Assembly: GCA_964521325.1 (NCBI GenBank)
Contig: CAZFRL010000002.1
Location: 4,396-68,395 of the forward strand
Direction of reading: 5' to 3'
Length of the DNA: 64,000 nt
Origin: an uncultured Dehalococcoidales bacterium
GTDB lineage: Bacteria > Chloroflexota > Dehalococcoidia > Dehalococcoidales > CAZFRL01
Position numbers and translations under genes: made by a program. The notes below the pieces were generated by a model, which was given only the letters and a program-made list of their open reading frames with translations, did no database searches and was not told the origin of the DNA. Below, piece by piece: positions 56,753 through 64,000 of this stretch (position 1 is the stretch's first letter; the number at the start of each line of letters is the position of its first letter).

Positions 56753-57798
56753 TGAAAAAGGGGTTTGAGCTAACCGAGCAAAACTATCGATACATGTTTG
56801 AGAATGCCAGTGATGCTATGTGGGTTCATGATATGAAGGGTAATACTTTGGATGCAAACAAGGCATTCGGAAAACTTACCGGTTATAGCCGGGAGGAATT
56901 CCTTGGCATGAATGTTATGAGATTTCTTGTCAGTGGGGAATCCGTGGATGTAGCTAGGGAGGTTCGGCGCAGATTGCTGGGCGGGGAGGATATTGAGCAG
57001 CCCTATGAGCAGCGATACATCAGGAAGGATGGGACGGCAGGGATAATGAGAATGGCCTCCAGTCCACTTATCGTCGATGGAGAGGTAAGAGGCTTTCAAC
57101 ATGTCGCCAGAGATGTAACTGAGGAAAGTCAACTGCGAGAGAACACGCGTTTCTATATTCAGCAGTGCACTAGAGCACAAGAGGAGGAGAGAAAACGCAT
57201 TGCCCGACAGTTACATGACGAATCATCCCCACCCCTGCTCCTTCTCATCCAACGCTTAGACAGAGTTACCTCAAGCACTAAACCAAAGTTATCTAAGCCG
57301 CTTATGGAGAGTCTGGAAGACCTGCGTAGCCAAGCCATTGAGGCACTAGAAGGTTTGCGGCGCTGTGCACAGGACTTAAGACCACGCATCTTAGATGACT
57401 TGGGGTTGATACCAGCGCTGGAGTGGATGGCAGAAGACCTGGTAAGGAACTACGGGATTAATGCTCAGGTTAAGGTGATAGGTAACGAGCGGAGCTTGCC
57501 GACTGAGGTGCAACTACTGCTATTCCGCATCGCTCAAGAAGCACTAAGCAATATCAGAAGACACGCAAAAGCATCAAGAGCCTGGTTTACAATGGAGTTT
57601 GGTAATGGCAAGACCGTTTTAACTATTAAAGACAACGGCAAGGGCTTTGAGCTACCACAAAGGATGGGAGACCTGGCCAGCGTTGGTAAGCTTGGCCTAG
57701 CTGGAATGCAGGAGCGAGCTCAGCTTATCGGGGGCAATCTAGAACTACAATCAGAGCCAGGCAAAGGGACAACTATAACCGTTGAGGTTCCGATTTAG
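56749..57798 (+). CDS. cytoplasmic PAS-domain sensor histidine kinase (HisKA_3 type)
   Basis: PAS domain (YRYMFENASDAMWVHD), H-box RIARQLHDES, and HATPase motifs (DNGKGF, GLAGMQERA). No TM helices. Confidence 0.9.
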   Translation: MMKKGFELTEQNYRYMFENASDAMWVHDMKGNTLDANKAFGKLTGYSREEFLGMNVMRFLVSGESVDVAREVRRRLLGGEDIEQPYEQRYIRKDGTAGIMRMASSPLIVDGEVRGFQHVARDVTEESQLRENTRFYIQQCTRAQEEERKRIARQLHDESSPPLLLLIQRLDRVTSSTKPKLSKPLMESLEDLRSQAIEALEGLRRCAQDLRPRILDDLGLIPALEWMAEDLVRNYGINAQVKVIGNERSLPTEVQLLLFRIAQEALSNIRRHAKASRAWFTMEFGNGKTVLTIKDNGKGFELPQRMGDLASVGKLGLAGMQERAQLIGGNLELQSEPGKGTTITVEVPI

Positions 57799-57806
57799 AA
57801 TAATCT

Positions 57807-57849
57807 GGGAACTTGCGCCCAAAAAAGGAAGCTTAAACCCGCAGTTCCC
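57807..57849. terminator. possible bidirectional stem-loop between the convergent kinase and valS genes
   Basis: GGGAACTTGCG (57807-57817) pairs with CGCAGTTCCC (57840-57849), giving 10 bp with one bulge. The loop is 22 nt and there is no clear U-tract. Confidence 0.3.
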
Positions 57850-57862
57850 GACCTATTTGGAG

Positions 57863-60553
57863 TCAAACTTGAAGCTTAACAAGTTGCTCTTTTAGTCTTT
57901 CCAACCTGGCTTTATTTTCTATGAGCTTGTGACGCTCTTTATCAACAACCGCTATCGGTGCCTTGGTGAGAAAGGCTTTGTCACTTAGTCTAGCTTCGAG
58001 GCGAGCCACTTCAGCCTGCCTTTGTTCGATTTCTTTCTGTAATCGTTTCCTCTCAGCTTCAAGGTCAAACATATCTTTTAAGGGTATGCTTACTTTAACT
58101 CCTCGTTGGAGGATTAATCCTAGTGTCATAGCATCTCCCCAAACTGGGCTTTTCCCACTACTATCACCGAAGTCAATCGAATCTACCTTAGCTAAGGTCT
58201 GAATGGTTTTAGTATGAGAACTTATAGCTGAGAGTAGGTCGCCGGCATCAATTTGTGCCGGTATCTGTTTGTTACTTTCTACCTTAAATTCTCTGCGTAT
58301 TTCGCGGATGGAGCTTATTATTTCTATTACAGAATTCATGGCTAGCTCTGATTCTGAGTCAATATCTGCCTCTATGGCTTTTGGGTAAGGCGCTACCATT
58401 ATAGATTCACTTGCCTGCCAGTCCGAAGGTAAGCGGCTTTTCAGGTTTTGCCACAGCTCCTCAGTGACAAAAGGCATATAAGGGTGAAGTAGACGGAACG
58501 AGGTCTCCAGCACATACACCAAAATTGGGATAGGTGATATTACGCCCTTTCTTGAACGGAGGCGAATCTTAGCTATCTCAACATACCAGTCGCAGAACTC
58601 ACCCCACAGGAAATCATGGATTTGTCTTTGGGCTTCACCAAACTGGAATTCCTCCATCAGATTGGTTACCGTGAATATAGTGCGGCTAAGTCGGGATAGA
58701 ATCCAGCGGTCTTCTATCGGAAGTAGATTCTGCTGTATTTTCAGCTCGGTGCCATTTTGCTCAATGCTTCTAACTACAAACCGGGTGGCATTCCACAGCT
58801 TGTTGGCAAAGTTGCGTCCAGCTTCCAACCTGGATGAGGTTAACCTGATATCATTTCCCGGCGATGTGCCGGTTGACAGGGCAAAACGCAGGGCATCAGT
58901 GCCATATCGCTCCAGCGTGTCAATAGGATTAAGCACATTGCCTTTAACCTTACTCATCTTTTCCCCCTTGTCATCACGTATCAAACCATGGAGGTAAACA
59001 GTGTGGAAGGGGATGTCACCGATGTCCTCCAGACCCATCATAATCATCCTGGCTACCCAGAAGAAGAGGATGTCATAGCCAGTTTCCATTACCGCGGTTG
59101 GGTAGAAGTAACGCAGGCTCTCGGTATCATCAGGCCAGCCCAGGGTAGAGTGAGTCCATAGTGCCGAGCTAAACCAGGTATCCAGAACATCCGGGTCTTG
59201 CGCTATGTTGGTTGAGCCGCAGTGGCAGCAAGATTTTACTTCATCAACAGATACTATCTGCTCACCACAATCGTGGCAATACCATACTGGGATTCGGTGC
59301 CCCCACCATAGCTGGCGACTGATGCACCAGTCACGAATGTTCTCCATCCAGTTGAGATAGACCCTAGTAAAGCGCTTGGGAATAATGGTAATCCGCCCGT
59401 CGAGGACAGCTTTGATAGCCGGTTGAGCCAGGGGCTGGGTATTAATAAACCATTGCTTACTGGCCATTGGCTCGATTACAATCTGGCAACGGTCACAGTG
59501 CCCCACTGAATGAACATAAGGCTCGACCTTTACCAGAAGCCCATCTTTCTCCAGGTCGAATAGTATAGCCTCACGACAGGAGAATCGGTCGAGTCCGGCG
59601 TAGGGTCCAGCGTTTTCATTCATAGTGGCATCAGGGTTTAGTATGTTTACTAGAGGCAACTTCTGCCGCTGAGCCACCTCAAAGTCCACCGGGTCGTGAG
59701 CCGGGGTAATTTTAACTACTCCAGTGCCAAAGCCAGGGTCAACCGCCTCATCAGCCACAATAGGTATTGCCCTGTTTACTGCGGGAAGGATAGCCTTCTT
59801 ACCTATCATCGCCTTGTATCGCTCATCCTGTGGGTTAACGGCTACAGCAGTATCACCGAGTATGGTTTCAGGTCGAGTGGTGGCTACAGTAATAAACCTC
59901 TGACTGTCTTCAACCAGAGGGTAGCGGACATGGTATAGATGTCCAGACACTTCTTTATGGTTTACCTCCAGGTCGGAGAGGGCAGTAGCGCAACGAGGGC
60001 ACCAGTTAATAATCCGTTCACCCCTGTAGATTAGCCCCCTGTTATACAGCCGGACAAAGGCGGTACGCACTGCCCGGCTCGGTCCCTCATCCAGAGTAAA
60101 AACCTCCCGGCTCCAGTCACAGGAAACACCAAGTCTCTGGTGCTGCTCAGCAATAGTCCGACGGCATTTTTCTGCCCATTGTTTCATTCTATCTATGAAT
60201 TTGTCTCTGCCCAACTGATGTCGGCTTAGCCCTTCTTCAGCCAGTAGTTGCTCCACAACCACCTGGGCGGCGATGCCAGCATGGTCAACACCGGGAAGCC
60301 ACAATGTTGGGTCGCCCTTCATCCGATGCCACCGGGTCATGATATCTTCCAGAGTAGCGGTTAAGGCATGCCCGATGTGAAGTTCGCCGGTGACATTTGG
60401 CGGTGGCATAATGATGACAAAAGGCTCCTTTCCCGGGTCTATCTTGGGCTTGAAGTAGCCCTTCTCCAGCCAGAACTTATACCACTTTTGCTCAACCCTG
60501 CCCGGCTCATAGGCTTTGGGCATCTCGTATTGAATACTCACTGTTTCCGTCAT
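57863..60553 (-). CDS. valS: valine--tRNA ligase
   Basis: PPPNVTGELHIGHAL (HIGH), KMSKVKGN (KMSKS), a CP1 editing domain, and a C-terminal coiled coil. Confidence 0.97.
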   Translation of the reverse strand: MTETVSIQYEMPKAYEPGRVEQKWYKFWLEKGYFKPKIDPGKEPFVIIMPPPNVTGELHIGHALTATLEDIMTRWHRMKGDPTLWLPGVDHAGIAAQVVVEQLLAEEGLSRHQLGRDKFIDRMKQWAEKCRRTIAEQHQRLGVSCDWSREVFTLDEGPSRAVRTAFVRLYNRGLIYRGERIINWCPRCATALSDLEVNHKEVSGHLYHVRYPLVEDSQRFITVATTRPETILGDTAVAVNPQDERYKAMIGKKAILPAVNRAIPIVADEAVDPGFGTGVVKITPAHDPVDFEVAQRQKLPLVNILNPDATMNENAGPYAGLDRFSCREAILFDLEKDGLLVKVEPYVHSVGHCDRCQIVIEPMASKQWFINTQPLAQPAIKAVLDGRITIIPKRFTRVYLNWMENIRDWCISRQLWWGHRIPVWYCHDCGEQIVSVDEVKSCCHCGSTNIAQDPDVLDTWFSSALWTHSTLGWPDDTESLRYFYPTAVMETGYDILFFWVARMIMMGLEDIGDIPFHTVYLHGLIRDDKGEKMSKVKGNVLNPIDTLERYGTDALRFALSTGTSPGNDIRLTSSRLEAGRNFANKLWNATRFVVRSIEQNGTELKIQQNLLPIEDRWILSRLSRTIFTVTNLMEEFQFGEAQRQIHDFLWGEFCDWYVEIAKIRLRSRKGVISPIPILVYVLETSFRLLHPYMPFVTEELWQNLKSRLPSDWQASESIMVAPYPKAIEADIDSESELAMNSVIEIISSIREIRREFKVESNKQIPAQIDAGDLLSAISSHTKTIQTLAKVDSIDFGDSSGKSPVWGDAMTLGLILQRGVKVSIPLKDMFDLEAERKRLQKEIEQRQAEVARLEARLSDKAFLTKAPIAVVDKERHKLIENKARLERLKEQLVKLQV

Positions 60554-60612
60554 CTTTACCTTTCTACCATAAAATAGCGATTGAAATGCAACTTGGCTTT
60601 GCCACCTTACAC

Positions 60613-60680
60613 GTCATTGCGAGGAGCGTAGCGACGAAGCAATCTCTAAAAAGGGATTGCTTCGCTTCGCTCGCAATGAC
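60613..60680. repeat. family F2 inverted unit pair (long hairpin)
   Basis: GTCATTGCGAGGAGCGTAGCGACGAAGCAATC (60613-60644), a 10-nt loop, then GATTGCTTCGCTTCGCTCGCAATGAC (60655-60680). Confidence 0.8.
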
Positions 60681-60760
60681 AAGGAAACTCCACTTAGTCT
60701 TCACCCAAGATCTCAACTTTTAAAGTTAATCGCTCATTTTTTTCTAAACTATTTGTTGAA

Positions 60761-60860
60761 CCTCACCCCCTTAATTCCCCCTTCTAAGGAGGGGAATAGA
60801 GTTTTTTAAGAGGGGGCAAAACCCCCTCTTACCTCTAACTCCCTCTTCCTTGAGAAAGGG
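60761..60860 (-). repeat. family F1 hairpin repeat, copy D (inverted relative to copies A and B)
   Basis: CCTCACCCCCTTAATTCCCC-ttctaagga-GGGGAA...AAGAGGGGG-caaaa-CCCCCTCTT...CCCTCTTCCTTGAGAAAGGG aligns with the reverse complement of copy A. Confidence 0.75.
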
Positions 60861-60861
60861 A

Positions 60862-62052
60862 TTAAGGGGATGGTAAAAGCCCCACCACCCTATCCAGTAT
60901 CCTATCAGCCACCTCTCGTTTGCTCATCAGGGGCAGGCTTTCTACATTGCCAGTTCGGTCAATGAGGGTTACTTTATTGGTGTCAACACCGAAGCCGCTA
61001 TCGGCATCGGTAATATCGTTAGCCACGATAAGGTCGAGTTGCTTCTTTTGTAGCTTCTGCCTGGCATTGGCTACTATATCCTCGCTTTCGGCAGCAAACC
61101 CGACCTTAAGGAAGTTACCTTTTACTTCAGTCAAAATATCCGGAGTCCTGATTAACTCCAGAGTAAGGGTAGGGCTTTCCTTTTTAATCTTAGCCTTGGC
61201 TGCACTCTTCGGCTGATAGTCAGCGATAGCCGCCGCCATAATCAGGGCATCAGCCTGGGCAGTAGCTTTGGCTACTGCCTCCCTCATTTCAATTGTGGTT
61301 CTTACCTGGACAGTTTCAATGCCTATTGGTTCTGGTAAGGACGTAGGGGCAGTAATTAGCGACACCGTTGCTCCTCTATCCCTGGCTGCCTCAGCCAGAG
61401 CATACCCCATTTTACCTGAGGAGCGATTGCCAATGTGGCGGGCGGGGTCAATAGGTTCCTGGGTACCACCGGCGGTAACCACGATGCGTTTACCTGTCAG
61501 GTCACCACTTCTGCCTACTACCTGCTGAATAGTGCCCATAATCTTCTCAACTTCAGCCAGACGCCCCAGGCCCATTTTGCCTGAGGCTAAGCGACCATAG
61601 ATGGGACCAACAATAATAAAGCCCCTGGCTTTAAGTTTAGTCAGGTTATCCTGGGTAATGGGGTTCTGGAACATATTAACATTCATTGCCGGCGCCACAA
61701 TAACTGGTGCTTCAGTAGCCAGCACAGTGCAACACAGCATATTATCAGCAATACCACCGGCCAGTTTGGCGATGGTATTGGCAGTAGCCGGAGCAATAGC
61801 CACTACATCAGCTGCCTTAGCTAGTGATATATGTGGAGCGCCGTAGTCAGAGACCGACTCAAACAAGTCGGTTATTACCGGTCTTTTGGTAATGTTGCGG
61901 AAGGTCAGCGGAGTTACCAGTTTGGTCGCCGATTCGGTCATAATTACCTCAACCTTGGCTCCAGCCTGGGTTAGTTTGCTGGCCAGGTCTACCGCCTTAT
62001 AGACAGCTATACCTCCGGTTATACCTAGAACTATAGTTTTGTTGGCTAGCAT
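60862..62052 (-). CDS. coaBC: bifunctional phosphopantothenoylcysteine decarboxylase / phosphopantothenate--cysteine ligase
   Basis: Flavoprotein N-terminus (GITGGIAVYK, PAMN) and CoaB C-terminal half (AGGT.EPID..R.I.N.SSGKMG). Confidence 0.94.
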   Translation of the reverse strand: MLANKTIVLGITGGIAVYKAVDLASKLTQAGAKVEVIMTESATKLVTPLTFRNITKRPVITDLFESVSDYGAPHISLAKAADVVAIAPATANTIAKLAGGIADNMLCCTVLATEAPVIVAPAMNVNMFQNPITQDNLTKLKARGFIIVGPIYGRLASGKMGLGRLAEVEKIMGTIQQVVGRSGDLTGKRIVVTAGGTQEPIDPARHIGNRSSGKMGYALAEAARDRGATVSLITAPTSLPEPIGIETVQVRTTIEMREAVAKATAQADALIMAAAIADYQPKSAAKAKIKKESPTLTLELIRTPDILTEVKGNFLKVGFAAESEDIVANARQKLQKKQLDLIVANDITDADSGFGVDTNKVTLIDRTGNVESLPLMSKREVADRILDRVVGLLPSP

Positions 62053-62075
62053 TATTAACCTCCTTATAAGAGGTG

Positions 62076-62843
62076 TTAGGCTTTGTTCATCAGGTAGATG
62101 AGTCTTAATCCTATCAGGGTCAAATTAGGGTCTACTACATCAATTATTGGTGTTTCTTTAGCTATGAGCTCAGCGTAGCCTCCAGTAGCTACTACCTTGG
62201 CCTTTTCGCCTAATTCCTGCTGGATACGAGCCACTATACCTTCAATAAGCCCCACGTAGCCGAATATAATCCCTGATTGCATGGCAGCAATAGTACTGGT
62301 GCCAATAGCATGTTTGGGATGGATTAATTCCACCCGGGGTAACATTGCCGCTCGCATAAACAAAGCCTCGGCAGCGGTGCCCATGCCTGGGGCAATAGCT
62401 CCTCCCAGATAGTCACCTTCTTTAGATACAGTATCAAAGGTAGTAGCTGTCCCTAGGTCGGTGATGATTATTGGACCACCATAGAGGTGGTGGGCAGCGG
62501 CTGCGTTTACAATACGGTCAGGGCCAACCTCTCTAGGGTTGTCCATACGGATGCGCACCCCGGTCTTAATTCCAGAGCCTACCACCAGGGGTGAGATGTT
62601 AAAATACCGTTGGAATAGCTCATTAAAGGCAGCTATCAATGGCGGGACAACACAGCACAAGGCTACTTCTTTAATATCAGGTGTGTCTAGACTTTGGCGG
62701 TGAAGCAGGTTAAACAATAAGGCAGCATGCTCATCTGCCAAGCGGTGAATGTCAGTAGCTATTTGCCAGGTAGCACGAAGCTCCTCACCCTCAAAAACCC
62801 CCAGAGTAGTATCAGTATTGCCAACATCAACTACTAATAGCAT
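62076..62843 (-). CDS. coaX: type III pantothenate kinase
   Basis: MLLVVDVGNTDT start, GPDR, ASKHA fold pattern. Confidence 0.93.
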   Translation of the reverse strand: MLLVVDVGNTDTTLGVFEGEELRATWQIATDIHRLADEHAALLFNLLHRQSLDTPDIKEVALCCVVPPLIAAFNELFQRYFNISPLVVGSGIKTGVRIRMDNPREVGPDRIVNAAAAHHLYGGPIIITDLGTATTFDTVSKEGDYLGGAIAPGMGTAAEALFMRAAMLPRVELIHPKHAIGTSTIAAMQSGIIFGYVGLIEGIVARIQQELGEKAKVVATGGYAELIAKETPIIDVVDPNLTLIGLRLIYLMNKA

Positions 62844-62872
62844 TCATCCTTACCCCTAAATGTTTGATCAGC

Positions 62873-64000
62873 TTAGGTTTTTTCTTTTAGCTGCTTGATA
62901 ACCATTGGCAGTGCTGGTAAAAGGTCAGTGGCAATCATACCAGCATCACCCAGCCTGTCTTTAACCATCTCGCCAGCTTCACCATGGAGATATACACCGA
63001 GGGCAGCAGCATCAAAAGGTGACAGCCTTTGTGCCACCAATCCAGCTATAGCACCAGCAAGGACGTCACCGGTTCCGGCAGATGCCAGCCCTGGATTAGC
63101 TATGGGACTAACCCGGCATTGACCGTCTGGTGCAGCAATAACGGTATAAGCCCCCTTCAGGACAACGGTTTTGTTCCACTCCACGGCTACACCTTTGGTA
63201 ATGCCTGCCCTGTCTGATTGCACCTCATCCACTGACACTCCAGCTAGCCTTGCCATTTCACCAGGGTGTGGGGTAAGTATAGCATCGTTTTCTAACTGTT
63301 GCCACCAGTTCGGAACTTTAGCCAGGGTGTTAAGAGCATCAGCATCAAGAACTAGAACTGGCAGAGCTGACTTCGACCTAAGAAGCATATCACCAATGAA
63401 TCTTACGGCAGATTGGCTCTGTCCCAGTCCACAGCCTAGAAGCAGGACATTGTAGTTGCTAATTTCCCGGTTTATGACCTTAACCGCCTCAGGGGAGACA
63501 ATATAGGGAGGGGACTCGGGTAAGGGGAGATAGGTTACCTCGGTTAGTTTGGAGGCTAAAATATGCTGTAGACTGATAGCTGTCGCCAGTGTTACCAGTC
63601 CTGCCCCGACTCTTATGGCGCCGCTACAGGCCAAGTAGGCAGCACCAATATAGTGGATTGAGCCAGCAACTACAAGCACTCTACCAAAGGTTCCTTTATT
63701 AGCTTGGAGCGGGCGCTGGGGAAGAACTCCTCTTGCCCACTCACTGGTAATGAGCTCTGTAGTTCTCTGTTCTACCAGATTAGCGGGTATGCCAATATCG
63801 ACTACGCTAAGTTTGCCTACCCTTTCTGCCCCCGGGAAATTAAATAAGCCCGGCTTGGGAAAGCCGAGGGTAATAGTATTATCACAATAAAAGCAGGCAG
63901 TATCCACAGCTCCGGTATCGGCATTAAGCCCCGAGGGTAAATCCAGAGCAATAAAGCGAATGCCTGGTTGTTTCTGCGTGGCTCTTTTCACCCTATCTAA
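62873..64000 (-). CDS. nnr: bifunctional NAD(P)H-hydrate repair enzyme Nnr (YjeF); 5' end outside window
   Basis: C-terminal dehydratase domain (GTFGRVLVVAGS...GTGDVLAG). The DLPSGLNADTG segment of the N-terminal epimerase domain is present, and the frame stays open to the window edge. Confidence 0.88.
   Translation of the reverse strand, partial: LDRVKRATQKQPGIRFIALDLPSGLNADTGAVDTACFYCDNTITLGFPKPGLFNFPGAERVGKLSVVDIGIPANLVEQRTTELITSEWARGVLPQRPLQANKGTFGRVLVVAGSIHYIGAAYLACSGAIRVGAGLVTLATAISLQHILASKLTEVTYLPLPESPPYIVSPEAVKVINREISNYNVLLLGCGLGQSQSAVRFIGDMLLRSKSALPVLVLDADALNTLAKVPNWWQQLENDAILTPHPGEMARLAGVSVDEVQSDRAGITKGVAVEWNKTVVLKGAYTVIAAPDGQCRVSPIANPGLASAGTGDVLAGAIAGLVAQRLSPFDAAALGVYLHGEAGEMVKDRLGDAGMIATDLLPALPMVIKQLKEKT

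Noticed and set aside
1-64000. Search for rRNA, tRNA, tmRNA, RNase P or SRP RNA, transposases, integrases, reverse transcriptases and prophage genes
   Set aside because: Every intergenic region longer than 80 nt was read by eye. None showed tRNA cloverleaf ends (a GGTTCGAATCC-type T-arm) or conserved ncRNA boxes, and no ORF showed DDE, tyrosine-recombinase or RT motifs. A covariance-model scan (tRNAscan-SE or Infernal) would be needed to be certain.

Overview
Dense 64-kb chromosomal window with about 66 protein genes. I recognised no rRNA, tRNA, CRISPR array, transposase or integrase. GC looks like about 50-58% in core genes, from counting sampled 60-nt lines. Most of the content is housekeeping: hrcA-grpE-dnaK-dnaJ behind a CIRCE operator, gpsA-plsY-der, argF, polA-mutM, gltX, trpS, argS, valS, gatCA, glyA, prs, secA, polX, and coaBC-coaX-nnr. 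The protein sequences and intergenic repeat families look Chloroflexota/Dehalococcoidia-like; that is inference and I cannot verify it here. The points worth a second look are these. (1) A tightly coupled 8-gene operon at 28.6-35.6 kb: an M20 amidohydrolase, three paralogous activase-related Fe-S subunits, one HgdC/BcrAD-type ATPase, and a thioredoxin trio. I rate this the best candidate for an undescribed enzyme system. (2) A formate/nitrite-family channel fused at its C-terminus to a LigA/Nif11-like helical domain. The same domain is also encoded as a stand-alone gene just upstream, next to a divergent NarL-type two-component pair. (3) Four small AT-rich insertions carrying no mobility genes. 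One is a type II R-M cassette that sits exactly on the first codons of polX and duplicates them. Two are orphan genes with HEPN-like Rx4-6H motifs. (4) A 38-nt diverged duplicate of the gltX 5' end lying on the far side of the FKBP gene. (5) Two intergenic hairpin-repeat families that co-occur as a composite at 38.3 kb and, inverted, at 60.6 kb. (6) Smaller items: a canonical EF-hand loop inside an HtpX-type protease, an apparently leaderless polA, recurrent extended -10 promoters, an unannotated Lys-rich sORF, and candidate operators. All functional calls come from reading motifs in the translations. No database search was possible.
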